A stretch of DNA of 63,818 nt from Octopus bimaculoides (lineage: Eukaryota), in the NCBI RefSeq assembly GCF_001194135.2, contig NC_068985.1, forward strand, positions 109,835,224 through 109,899,041, given 5' to 3'. The notes under the pieces were generated by a model. That model made no database searches and was not told the DNA's origin. It saw nothing but the letters and a program-made list of their open reading frames with translations. Both the position numbers and the translations under genes were made by a program. Below are positions 40,791 through 53,700 of the stretch, in pieces. Positions within the stretch are counted from its first letter, which is position 1; each line of letters begins with the position of its first letter.

Positions 40791-40920
40791 TTTGGACAGA
40801 TTTCTGGTAACAAAATGCCTATAAAAATAAGTACATACGTATATACATACACTCTTTCACACCATACGCATATATGTGCGCGCACACACACACACACACA
40901 CAGTAACTGATGTAACTTAC

Positions 40921-41103
40921 GTCCATAAACACATTTGATGGATGCTTCATTCCAGACTGTCTTGTCCGGACACTGCATAAGAAACAAAAGTCCGTGACTG
41001 CACTGGTAGAACTGTGAGATCGATTGAAACTTCGGGTAGTAACTGTTCGGTTGGCAGGGTATACACTGAGTGTTGTTAGTGTCAAATACACACAAGGGTG
41101 TGG
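40921..41103 (-). CDS. Module exon 5 (CBM14-like)
   Basis: Acceptor ttcttttcatctcacag, donor gtaagt, 183 nt, phase 1-1. (T)TPLCVFDTNNTQCIPCQPNSYYPKFQSISQFYQCSHGLLFLMQCPDKTVWNEASIKCVYG. Confidence 0.93.
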
Positions 41104-42037
41104 CTGTGAGATGAAAAGAAAAGAAAATGAAATTGATGAAATATTTCCGTATTTTCCGACATACAAATCGACGTAGAACATAGGTACTATGTAAATATTC
41201 GTTCAAATATTGTCACTATCTTTCCAAACCATATTGCATTTCACATGGAATTTTGGATTCCTAGGAGCTGTCTTTGGTCTGTAAGTCGACTTCCCTCGTT
41301 TGGCTTTAAATTTTGTTTTGAAAAAGTTGCTTTGTATGCCGGAAAATAAGATAATCTGTTTTGTTATGACATGTGTTATGGAAAGGCTTACACTGAAAGG
41401 CTTACATTGAAGTTTATGAACTTAGGAGTAATAAAGACCGAGGTTGAACTTATTGAATTTTAGTTTATAAATAAAAGGCTCACAAATTTTGCAAATAAAT
41501 GTTCTGGTGATATACAGCTATTGCCCCACTATCAATTCTAGATAGAGAAAACTTGTATAATACAGTATAAGCTATGGGTTATTATTCGACTGTTATTGCT
41601 AAATAATCATAATGTTGCATAGCAATCTCTTGGTTGGTTTCATTCTTCATTATCCTGAAAATCTTCCTCGGATATTAAAATTGCTTCAGTGTACTATATG
41701 TTGCAGTTATCATCTCTCTATTTTATTTTATCGATCTATTCAGATCATTTTAATCCTTGGTACAAACAGATGAATATGCTGCGCTTGCGGATAGTTAAAT
41801 GTGTTATATAGATGCTGACGATGATTGCAACAAGAGCCGAAACTTATATAAAACTGTGTTTTTCTTTTACTGTTCACGAACATATTGTAAATGCATTGTT
41901 TATACTAGGCGTAACATGCCGTGTTCGTTAATATATCTATAGATATGTTCAACAGTACATGAGAGTAATAGAATGAAACACTATGAATACAGTAATTTAA
42001 TATTAAATCTCGTTGCGAAGGAAGTGTAAAATATGTA

Positions 42038-42265
42038 TTGGGTTGTCCGGAAAGTTCGTGCTGATTTATAGTAGCTTACCTTTCGACTTATTTGCCATGG
42101 AACCACCTAAATTCTGGAAAGAGGGTATTTTCAATTTAAAGGAAAGATGGAGACGCATTGTGCAACAAAATAGTTCATATTTGGTTGATTAAAAATGTAT
42201 TGGCAAGTATTTATTGACCTTTCTCTTTCTTTTTAAAATCGGCACCAACTTTCTGGACAACCCGA
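42038..42265 (+). mobile_element. Mariner-derived MITE
   Basis: About 30-nt imperfect TIRs (ttgggttgtccggaaagttcgtgctgattt / aaatcggcaccaactttctggacaacccga) flanked by TA. Retains the transposase C-terminus MEPPKFWKEGIFNLKERWRRIVQQNSSYLVD*. Confidence 0.85.
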
Positions 42266-42813
42266 TAAATATGCCTATCGACTTAGTTTAGCCACTAATA
42301 TCTGTAGGTTTATAAGCAATATGTTCGCGGATAGTTAAGGAGGGTGCACAGCTGCTGTTGGAACTCCAAACAGAGGTGAAATGTGCAGCATCAAAAGATG
42401 TCCTTTCTTCTTCTATGCATGCGTATTGTGTATATAGATGTAATGTTCAAAATAAATTTCAACATGCAATGTTGGCTAATAAGCCTATAGAAATGTTCTA
42501 TAGTAAATTATAGTAGTGAAACGAAAAACTGATAACACAACAACAATTATAATTTCACATAAAATACGCTGAAATGTGTTTAGAAATTGTTATTTGTAAT
42601 TCAATTTAACGCGTGAAAGAGTTAAGCTTTACGAAATTTAATTTAACCAGTGAAAAAGTTATGCTTTCTGATATTTATCCTTAAATCATTTACATACTAT
42701 AAAACCAAACCACGTCTACACTAACATATTCGTTTTCTTTCGGGTTTTTTTTATGTATGTATGTATGTATGTATGTATGTATGTATGTATGTATAGAAAA
42801 TAATGTTACCTAC

Positions 42814-42876
42814 TTGTTGGATCAATTGGTTCATAGATAGAGAGAGGTCTTTGAGAAAAAGTCATGTTGTAGACAC
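42814..42876 (-). CDS. Linker exon 4
   Basis: Acceptor gcttttctcctgcag, donor gtaggt, 63 nt, phase 1-1. (G)VYNMTFSQRPLSIYEPIDPT; EPIDPT matches EPINPN of linker 2. Confidence 0.87.
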
Positions 42877-43815
42877 CTGCAGGAGAAAAGCGGCTTACAT
42901 TTATATAGTACATGCATTTACATTGATATATACTCAGAAATATAAAAATGTATGTGCGTATATGTGCGTGCGTGTGTGTGTGTGTGTTTATTATACAACC
43001 CTTTATCTCTTGTTTCAATCATTGGACTGCTACCATGCTGAGGCATCACAGAGTGAAGTCCTTGGTCGAACAAATGGATGCCAATACTTTTTTTTTAAAG
43101 TCTGGTGATTATTCAATCAAATAGGTTTTGCCGAAACGCCAAGTTACGGTAACATGAACAAACTAACATCGTTTGTCAAGTGGTGCCTGGAGACATGCAC
43201 AAACAAGAGGACACACACGCATGCACGCACACACACACTAATACACACACATACACAAACACATACATATGCATACATTTATATATGTGTGTGTATGTAT
43301 ATATACAAATATATATATATATATATANNNNNNNNNNNNNNNNNNNNNNNNNNNNNNNNNNNNNNNNNNNNNNNNNNNNNNNNNNNNNNNNNNNNNNNNN
43401 NNNNNNNNNNNNNNNNNNNNNNNNNNNNNNNNNNNNNNNNNNNNNNNNNNNNNNNNNNNNNNNNNNNNNNNNNNNNNNNNNNNNNNNNNNNNNNNNNNNN
43501 NNNNNNNNNNNNNNNNNNNNNNNNNNNNNNNNNNNNNNNNNNNNNNNNNNNNNNNNNNNNNNNNNNNNNNNNNNNNNNNNNNNNNNNNNNNNNNNNNNNN
43601 NNNNNNNNNNNNNNNNNNNNNNNNNNNNNNNNNNNNNNNNNNNNNNNNNNNNNNNNNNNNNNNNNNNNNNNNNNNNNNNNNNNNNNNNNNNNNNNNNNNN
43701 NNNNNNNNNNNNNNNNNNNNNNNNNNNNNNNNNNNNNNNNNNNNNNNNNNNNNNNNNNNNNNNNNNNNNNNNNNNNNNNNNNNNNNNNNNNNNNNNNNNN
43801 NNNNNNNNNNNNNNN

Positions 43816-43913
<98 letters not shown>

Positions 43914-44026
43914 GGAGAGACAGAGACAGGGAGAAAATATATTTTGAATATATTTTATAACTGACTGCGTATATTCAATATACGTGTATATTGCATTGGC
44001 TGGTTCTGATTCATGATTGTAGTAGC

Positions 44027-44075
<49 letters not shown>

Positions 44076-44076
44076 A

Positions 44077-44117
<41 letters not shown>

Positions 44118-44218
44118 TTTGATGTTGTTGTTGTTGCTTTTGTTGTAGTAGCAGCAACAAGATGTGACTACAATCTGATACTCCTGGCAGCCAGCGAATA
44201 AATTAAGTTGAAACTTAC

Positions 44219-44401
44219 CTTTGTGCACACACTGAGCTGCCATTTGATGCCACCACATCCCATCCGGACATAGTTTTGGCTGGAGTACGCCTTCAACGCA
44301 TTTATAGTAGAGGTCCTGTCTGAATGGGTGACTGTAAGTAATACCCACAGTACAATGTTGGCACCCTGCTTCCTGGTGATCGAACAAACACATTTTTGAC
44401 A
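44219..44401 (-). CDS. Module exon 4 (divergent CBM14-like)
   Basis: Acceptor gttgtctcttttccag, donor gtaagt, 183 nt, phase 1-1. (L)SKMCLFDHQEAGCQHCTVGITYSHPFRQDLYYKCVEGVLQPKLCPDGMWWHQMAAQCVHK. Cys spacing identical to the other four. Confidence 0.92.
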
Positions 44402-44861
44402 CTGGAAAAGAGACAACTTCGACTCAAAATCTTTGAAATAAAAATCGAACGGCATTATCGTCATCACCTTCACAATAACATTATAACATAGCTCCATAAA
44501 TGAATCATACAATCATCTCACTCTACCGCCACAAACATTTTATACAACTACTATCAACACAATATCTTGACACCGCCACCATCACTACAACACTGCGCCG
44601 CTACAGGAAAATAGTCTGTCACTACGTACTAGGAACGAGAATAGCATTACACATCTTGCTACGAGGTAGCAACTAAATTTTCCATAGGTCTGGCTGTGTG
44701 GTTAGATGTTTGCTTCTCAACTGCATGGTTCCGGGTTCCGGCTTACTGCGTAGCACTTTGGGCGTGTCTCTTTCACTATAGCCCAGTGCTGATCAAAGCC
44801 TTATAAATAGATGCGGTAGATAGGTACACAGAAATTGAAAGAGGCCCGCCGTATATATATA

Positions 44862-44894
<33 letters not shown>

Positions 44895-45402
44895 ATTATG
44901 TACATTCCTCTCTGTGTGTGTGCGTGGTCATGTATTTGTCTTTTCCTCCCATCACCACTTGACAACTGTTTTTTGTTCGTTGCGTCTCTGTAATCTTGCA
45001 GTGTTCAGCAACGTACATCCGCTATAATAAGTAGCAGGCTTTTAAAAAATATATACTGGGAGTGCGGGGCGGGGGCAATCGTACAGCTAAAACCCTGCGA
45101 GGCGATGCTCCAGCATGGCCGCAGCCCAATGAGTCAAACAAGTAAAAGAGAAAAGATATCATCTTGACAAGGGAGATAAACAATAGAAAATTTACTCTTA
45201 GATGTGCAGTAACTGAGACAAGGGAGGGACGTTTAGAGTTAAACAGCTTTTGTTTCATAGACCTGTTTAGTTAGAGTAGACTCGAGGCTGAACAACATCG
45301 TTAACAACAACAACTATAAACACACCGACATCATCACAAAATCATTCCACCATAAGTTATTAAGCAAAAATCAATAACAAAATATTTTTTATATTTACTT
45401 AC

Positions 45403-45480
45403 GGTCAACGTGTCCAGCCGGTATCTGTGGCCACCTAGGGGTCAAGAACTGAAGAGGAATATTATTGGCCAGGGCAGCAT
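45403..45480 (-). CDS. Linker exon 3
   Basis: Acceptor gattttctttcatag, donor gtaagt, 78 nt, phase 1-1. (H)AALANNIPLQFLTPRWPQIPAGHVD. Confidence 0.82.
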
Positions 45481-45683
45481 CTATGAAAGAAAATCACACG
45501 AATATTTTTATTTCTTTATTGCTCACAGGGGGCTAAACATAGAGGAGACAAACAAGGACAGACAAATTTGATTAAGTCGATTACATCGATCCCAGTGCGT
45601 AACTGGTACTTATTTGATCGACCCCGAAACGATGAAAGGCAAAGTCGACCTCGGCGAAAGCACATATAAACATGCGCATGAAT

Positions 45684-45730
<47 letters not shown>

Positions 45731-46514
45731 TACACACAACACACGCACGCACACATATAGGATGAGCATCTCTCAGTTTCCTTCTACCAAATCCACTGGT
45801 AGACGGATTTAATAGTAGCAGAAACTCCCCGAAGGCGTCACGCAGTGGGATTGAACGCGGAACTATGTGGCTGGAACACAAGCTTCCTATACACATATAT
45901 ATNNNNNNNNNNNNNNNNNNNNNNNNNNNNNNNNNNNNNNNNNNNNNNNNNNNNNNNNNNNNNNNNNNNNNNNNNNNNNNNNNNNNNNNNNNNNNNNNNN
46001 NNNNNNNNNNNNNNNNNNNNNNNNNNNNNNNNNNNNNNNNNNNNNNNNNNNNNNNNNNNNNNNNNNNNNNNNNNNNNNNNNNNNNNNNNNNNNNNNNNNN
46101 NNNNNNNNNNNNNNNNNNNNNNNNNNNNNNNNNNNNNNNNNNNNNNNNNNNNNNNNNNNNNNNNNNNNNNNNNNNNNNNNNNNNNNNNNNNNNNNNNNNN
46201 NNNNNNNNNNNNNNNNNNNNNNNNNNNNNNNNNNNNNNNNNNNNNNNNNNNNNNNNNNNNNNNNNNNNNNNNNNNNNNNNNNNNNNNNNNNNNNNNNNNN
46301 NNNNNNNNNNNNNNNTATATATATATATATATGTATATGTATATACAGATTATCATATGCACGCAAATATTATGTATATTTATGCACATACATGTGCATA
46401 TGCATATGCATATATGTGCATATATGTATGTACATATACATAGACATGCATATATACATACATTATATATGTATTCATTATAAATACAGTGTACATATAA
46501 ACACATGAGATGGC

Positions 46515-46619
46515 CATAGTAGGACATCTAACCCGCTAGAAGGAGTAGCTAAAATCCAGACTCCTAATAGTGGTTTGGATTTTAACTACTCCTTCTAGCG
46601 GGTTTGATGTCCTATTATG
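46515..46619. repeat. Inverted repeat, 47-bp arms with an 11-nt loop
   Basis: Arm 46515-46561 versus the reverse complement of 46573-46619: 43 of 47 identical. Confidence 0.95.
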
Positions 46620-46771
46620 TCCTCTTCTGTGTTTAAACGTACACTGTATTTATAATGAATAATATATAGTCTATTGACTAGTTTTTCTACACGCTAGGCC
46701 ACTGGTGGTAAAAAAAAATTATGAATAATCTTTTACTACCCTGAAATTTATTAATACATTATATCTATATC

Positions 46772-46802
<31 letters not shown>

Positions 46803-47263
46803 GTGACACTTTATGTAAACACGAGGTTTTCAAGCTACAAGTGGAAATGGCATGTAAAGACATTGAGAAAGGTCAATTTAACCAGAACAATTCAACAAAA
46901 GCTACAGACAATAAGACATTAAACATCCGTTGACAAACGTTGGAAACCACTATCATAGAAGAAATAGTGTTTTTATTCAATTCCGATAAAGCAGTCAATC
47001 AGTCTCTGACATGATTAGTGATATCTTTGTTGAGATCATCACCTCTATCGTTATATTTCGCTGGCGCTGACATATGATACTTATATAATTTATGTAGGCG
47101 GAGGCGCGGTTGTGTGGTAAGAAGCTTTCCTAATAGTATGATACCTGTTTCAGTCCCACTGCGTGACTCGTTTGTGCCTTGGGTGTGTTGCTTCCATTAT
47201 AACAGTGCGCCGACGAAAGCCTTGTGAGCAGATTTGGCAGACAGAGACTAAATGAAACCCGTC

Positions 47264-47368
<105 letters not shown>

Positions 47369-47855
47369 CTAGTGTTGTGTCTGTGAGCGCGCGTATGTTT
47401 ATTATGGTGTTAACCTCCCCGTCGCTTGACCATAGTTGTTGATTTAAGTTCCCGTAACTTAGTGGTTCGGCATAAGAGACCGATAATCTAGGTACTAGGT
47501 TTTAAAAATATGAAATAATTATTGAGGTAGATTCGTTCGACTAAAACCGTTCAAGGCAGTGTCCCAGTATGGCCGCAAGCCATTGACCTGAACAAGTAAA
47601 AACAAAGAAGATGCTTAAAAAAGGACTATAATTCATTTTATTCAGCACAAGGTCTGTGGATGTTGTAGTACCTTCGTAGTAAGCATCAATGTTCTCTTGC
47701 TACACATAAATAATTTGTCTGAATGTATTAAGCACAATTGCAGTTTTTATAAACTTCGTACCAGAATCGAACCGAGCACCTCTACACTTCTTTGTTTCGC
47801 AAAGTTTCTCTTCACTACCTACTGCTCTTCCTTCACTTTTGTTATACTCGTCAAA

Positions 47856-48298
47856 GTGGAGGCGCAATGGCCCAGTGGTTAGGGCATCGGACTCGCAGTC
47901 ATAAGATCGCGGTTTCGATTCCCAGACTGGGCGTTCTGAGTGTTTATTGAGCGAAAACACCTAAAGCTCCACGAGGCTCCGACAGGGGCTGGTAGTGAAC
48001 CATGCTGTACTCTTTCATCACAACTTTCTCTCACTCTTACTTCCTGTTTCTGTTGTACCTGTATTTCAAAGGGCCAGCCTTGTCACACTGTGTCACGATG
48101 AATATCCCCGAGAACTACGTTAAGGGTACACGTGTCTGTGGNNNNNNNNNNGATGAATATCCCCGAGAACTACGTTAAGGGTACACGTGTCTGTGGAGTG
48201 CTCAGCCACTTGCACGTTAATTTCACGAGCAGGCTGTTCCGTTGATCGGATCAACTGGAACCCTCGACGTCATAAGCGACGGAGTGCCAACAACATCA
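47856..48298 (+). mobile_element. tRNA-derived SINE, family D
   Basis: Full-length copy. 10-bp TSD-like actcgtcaaa / actcttcaaa. A 45-nt duplication across the 9-N gap at 48142-48150 is an assembly overlap. Confidence 0.88.
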
Positions 48299-49887
48299 AC
48301 TCTTCAAAACCTGTGCTATATATAGATTATCTATTTAAAAGCATTAAAGTCATTTGCAGTCTCTTCACCATCGTTCCACACTCGAACCCATCTCATCTAT
48401 TTATCTCTGTCTCGCAGATGTCCTGCCCGCTCTAAACTGCCTTTTCTCCTTTTCATAGGAGTGCTACCAGCTAAATTCTGGAGGGGCCATAGATGTCACA
48501 GTGGAATACAACTACTTTAACTTATTTATTGTCCACCTTAAGGCCCATATTTTTATTCTCCTTCTGGTTCTAGAATTGTAGACATATATCGATGGGTGCA
48601 CCGGAGTCACCTCCTTCACCCGCGAACCTCTCGCTTTTGTCATTAACTCCTTTTATTCTGTTTTGGAATTTTTATCTACTATTTCTAATATCCCTTCTTA
48701 GATATCTTTGTTTCCATTGACACACTCATCTCGCCATCTCCATGTTGTACAAACTTATTTAACCTCAACTTCGATATTGAATTCTCCTGATCCCATTAAA
48801 TTCGCTGCCCCATTCTGAAAATTCTTATGGCCCCGGGGCCTCTGTAGCCGGAACTTTGACTTTGAATGTTTGGTTCCCACCAAACATTCTACTATTTGCT
48901 TAGTTTCCTCAATTCTTTTCTACTCTAGGCACAAGGCCTGAAATTTATCGACCCCGAAAGGATGAAAGGCAAAGTCGACCTCTTAGTTTCCTCCATTAAG
49001 ACATCAATGTGGTTCGATGTCGGGCCAAAGCTTTTAACTTTTGTTATTAGCTCTTCTGCTATTTTGTTCTGTGTTCACCCACCACCAAACGCATTTCATT
49101 CCACCTTGCTTTTCAATAGTTGCCTGATCTCTCCAGCAAACTAGCCTTTCTGTTTGCTTCAATCCGACCCTGACACATTCGGTCTCTTCATATCTCTTTG
49201 TAACACCCTTTCTCTCCCTCAGATTCGATCTGTTTTACACCTCCCTCCATCCTTGTCCTACCCAACCTAGAGCGTCAGTTCTTGCATCTGTGTGCGTAGT
49301 GTGTGAGTGAGCGTGTCTTCTTGTTTGCTTCTACAGCTTTTGATAACCGGTGTTCGTTTGTTTATGTACCCGTAATTTAGCGGTTAGGAAAAATATCGAA
49401 AGAATAAATACAACACTTAGGAAAAATGCTTGGGCCGAGTTCTTCGATAAAATTCTTGAAGGTAGGGCCCCGGCAGGCTGCAGACCAACACCTGGAACAA
49501 GTGATAAAATAAACGAATAACAGTTATCGCAATACCAAGTTACGTTACCTTTTTTTATTTCTATGGCAGCCAATCTCCACAGTCGAGTCCCTAAAACATA
49601 AAAAAAAAGGGATCAGATTCGCAGCAAATGACAAAGAGTAATAAGAGTTCCAATTCACTGAATGTGGTGGGGTTCTACTAATGAGTAATGGAGATAGCAT
49701 TATTTAAGTATATAATGGTTTAATAATGAAGGTTGCGGTAGCGTTTGATGGTAATTTGGGTGTCTTGGTCGAAGATGCATTCGTATAGCAGTTGTATTTT
49801 AAATTAATAGGACCGCAGTAAAGTAGTTAGAAAGGGTAGTTCCAGTTGCATGAAAATACAGAGGAGAGAGATTTAAAAAAGGAGGGG

Positions 49888-49929
<42 letters not shown>

Positions 49930-50016
49930 TGGAAGAGAGAGAGAGTGGAAGAGAGAGAGAGTGGACGAGAGAGAGAGTGGAAGAGAGAGAGAGAGAGAGT
50001 GGAAGTGAGAGAGAGT

Positions 50017-50095
<79 letters not shown>

Positions 50096-50207
50096 AGAGA
50101 GAGAGAGAGAGAGTGAAAGAGAGAGAGAGAGAGTGAAAGAGAGAGAGAGTGAAAGAGAGAGAGAGAGAGTGAAAGTTAGTAGTTACATATACAGACAGAC
50201 AGACAGA

Positions 50208-50242
<35 letters not shown>

Positions 50243-50268
50243 TAGATAGATAGATAGATAGATAGATG

Positions 50269-50319
<51 letters not shown>

Positions 50320-50551
50320 GGGGAATTGTTGAGTGATATGCGTGTATCTGTGTAGTAGTAGCAGATAGAAAGTCATGTGTGCATTTGTGCATTTGTGTGT
50401 GTGTGTGTGTGTGTCCATGCGTGTGTATGGAGCACGTGTCCTTCGTTCTTTATGCTCCATGAACCAAACGACTAACATCAACCCTCAACGAAACAAGTTA
50501 CAGCAAGACAAATTTTGACAAAATCGAAACAATTTCTCCTCTTTTTCTTAC

Positions 50552-50734
50552 GGTCGTAGATACACCTGATTGATTTTCCGTGCCAAATGGTATTGTCCGG
50601 GCAGTTCATGAGGAATAGCAGTCCCTGGCTGCACTGGTAGAACTGTGCTTCAGACTGATATTTCGGGTAGTAGCTGCCTTTTTGACAGGGGTAGCACCTC
50701 GTGTTGTTCAATTTAAATATACACAGGTTTGTTG
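50552..50734 (-). CDS. Module exon 3 (CBM14-like)
   Basis: Acceptor ccttctacttcacag, donor gtaaga, 183 nt, phase 1-1. (T)TNLCIFKLNNTRCYPCQKGSYYPKYQSEAQFYQCSQGLLFLMNCPDNTIWHGKSIRCIYD. Confidence 0.93.
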
Positions 50735-52333
50735 CTGTGAAGTAGAAGGCAGTGGAAAGGTTAGATTCATAGATTTTTATAACATCTCTAACTTTCTTTC
50801 CCTTTCTCTTTCTTTCTCTCTTTCCCTCACCCTTTCTTTCTCCTTTCCTCTCATTCCCATCTTTTATTTCAGTTTCTCTTTCAACCTTTCTCTTTTTCTC
50901 TTTCTTGAGAGTATTCATTCCTTACAATTATATACTCACACATAAATACATGCAAACGTAGAGTATTTGGTTGTTGTTTCTTCTTGCCAGTTAGTTGACC
51001 ATGTAGGAAGTCGCTTATACACTCGTAGTGTAGACTGCTAATTGTTGCTGCTGGTATTGTTTCACCCTTGGGTGTCCCTAATTCAAGACCCTTTTATCAT
51101 GATTCTAGGTTTGATCTTTTTCAGACATACTAACACCATATTACCCGACGTACACGTTCTTTTGTTTGTTTGCTTTGAGAAATATTTTGCTGCTACTTTC
51201 GTACAGTCACACTTGTAATTAAGCACAGCCATTTTTTATAGAGTGACACAGTTGACAGACATAAACATAGAAACAAATGTAACAATAATGGAGTTGCATG
51301 TTCAGCATGCTGTTACTTCACTTCCTTCAATCAACCAATCAAACTCTGATTATCGATTATTGTGATTAACGTTTGTTGTAATCATTGACTGAAGGCGCAG
51401 TATGGCCCGATATCTAAAAATTTCGAATCGCAGCCAGGACATCCCTGATCCGATCCAACTGTGTGGAATCTTGCAGAAGTGTCATTTTCTATATCCTCAG
51501 GTTGACCCCTACCAGAAATTGTATCCAAGCCCGTCGGGTTGGTGATACGTGTAATTTAAAAGATACGCCATTGTCAGACTTAGTGTCTACCTAATTTCAA
51601 ATAGCAATAACATTGAAGGTAAAGGAACAACTAATTCAAATGATCAAATAACTCAAGTCTCAACGTCAAACACGGAGACTGACTCCCCCAATTTTGTCTG
51701 TTGTAAACACAACCCGCTGAAAATATCGTTCGTTTACTGTGAGTAATGTCAGTTGTAATTGAAGCCTACTGTAATAATTGTCCACCACGACTGTTGTCTG
51801 TTATCATCGTCTGCTGTAATTAATATATATTGTAACAATCGTTTGTATAAACATTGTTAGCTGTAGTTAAGTTCTTTTTTAATGTTGTCTTTAACTGCTG
51901 TTCTAATTTAATGTCTGTTGGGATTAACTACTGTTTTAACTATCGTCTGTTGCATTTGTCGTTCATTGTTATTATAGTCTGTTGTGATAATAGTGTTTTA
52001 ATTATTGTCTTCAAAGATTATCGTCTGCTGTGATTATAGTATCTTGTAATTAACGACTTGGATGATTATACTTTCTTGTAACTATCGTCTTTTATGATTA
52101 TCGTATCTTCTAATTAACTATTAATGTGATTATCATCTCTTGTGATTATCGACTATGATGGTTACCATCAACTGAGATTACTATCTGTTGTATTTAGAGC
52201 CCAGTGTGTAGGAATGTATAAATAAGTATTGGTAGATGCGGGAATGAACTTGTGAAACTGAAACTAATAAAGGATAACGATATTAAATACAATAATCCAA
52301 TAGAATAGTATGATCTCAAGAAAACCCACTCAC

Positions 52334-52408
52334 TGTTAGGATTTATCGGTTCCCTTTCTGGATATACAATATTCATTTCAGATCTTCGGGCGATCTCATC
52401 GGCATTTT
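52334..52408 (-). CDS. Linker exon 2
   Basis: Acceptor gatatctttcacag, donor gtgagt, 75 nt, phase 1-1. (Q)NADEIARRSEMNIVYPEREPINPN, ending in INPN like linker 1. Confidence 0.88.
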
Positions 52409-52691
52409 CTGTGAAAGATATCATAATTCTATCAGTAACATGTAATATATAGCATACTGATAAACTGAATATCTCGCATAAATATCACGGCGATAAAAAG
52501 CAAATGATATACAAGTGATGTGTGTGTATGTGTGTGTGTAAATGTGGTACGCGCGCGCGACGGGTGTATAGATGTTTAAATAGATAAATAGATAGACACA
52601 TAGACATGTATGCACATGTATGTATATACAGACAGACATACATAGACAGACAGACAGACAGACAGACAGATAGATAGATAGACAGACAGAC

Positions 52692-52755
<64 letters not shown>

Positions 52756-52761
52756 ACAGAC

Positions 52762-52821
<60 letters not shown>

Positions 52822-53700
52822 CAGACGATATGAAAGCGACAACCTACAATCTATTGTACAAAATGAAAGTACGTACAGGATCAGTGATAAGCAACATTTA
52901 TCAAACGTACTGNNNNNNNNNNNNNNNNNNNNNNNNNNNNNNNNNNNNNNNNNNNNNNNNNNNNNNNNNNNNNNNNNNNNNNNNNNNNNNNNNNNNNNNN
53001 NNNNNNNNNNNNNNNNNNNNNNNNNNNNNNNNNNNNNNNNNNNNNNNNNNNNNNNNNNNNNNNNNNNNNNNNNNNNNNNNNNNNNNNNNNNNNNNNNNNN
53101 NNNNNNNNNNNNNNNNNNNNNNNNNNNNNNNNNNNNNNNNNNNNNNNNNNNNNNNNNNNNNNNNNNNNNNNNNNNNNNNNNNNNNNNNNNNNNNNNNNNN
53201 NNNNNNNNNNNNNNNNNNNNNNNNNNNNNNNNNNNNNNNNNNNNNNNNNNNNNNNNNNNNNNNNNNNNNNNNNNNNNNNNNNNNNNNNNNNNNNNNNNNN
53301 NNNNNNNNNNNNNNNNNNNNNNNNNNNNNNNNNNNNNNNNNNNNNNNNNNNNNNNNNNNNNNNNNNNNNNNNNNNNNNNNNNNNNNNNNNNNNNNNNNNN
53401 NNNNNNNNNNNNNNNNNNNNNNNNNNNNNNNNNNNNNNNNNNNNNNNNNNNNNNNNNNNNNNNNNNNNNNNNNNNNNNNNNNNNNNNNNNNNNNNNNNNN
53501 NNNNNNNNNNNNNNNNNNNNNNNNNNNNNNNNNNNNNNNNNNNNNNNNNNNNNNNNNNNNNNNNNNNNNNNNNNNNNNNNNNNNNNNNNNNNNNNNNNNN
53601 NNNNNNNNNNNNNNNNNNNNNNNNNNNNNNNNNNNNNNNNNNNNNNNNNNNNNNNNNNNNNNNNNNNNNNNNNNNNNNNNNNTATATATATATATATATA

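Noticed and set aside
47856-47935. tRNA genes here and at 11045-11122 and 17091-17165
   Set aside because: A and B boxes are present, but they run into repeated SINE bodies and I see no complete cloverleaf.
49549-49590. 42-nt phase 1-1 candidate exon (RTRLWRLAAIEIKK) with good AG/GT sites
   Set aside because: It breaks the one-linker-per-module pattern and has no homology to the other linkers. It remains possible as a cassette exon; junction reads would decide.
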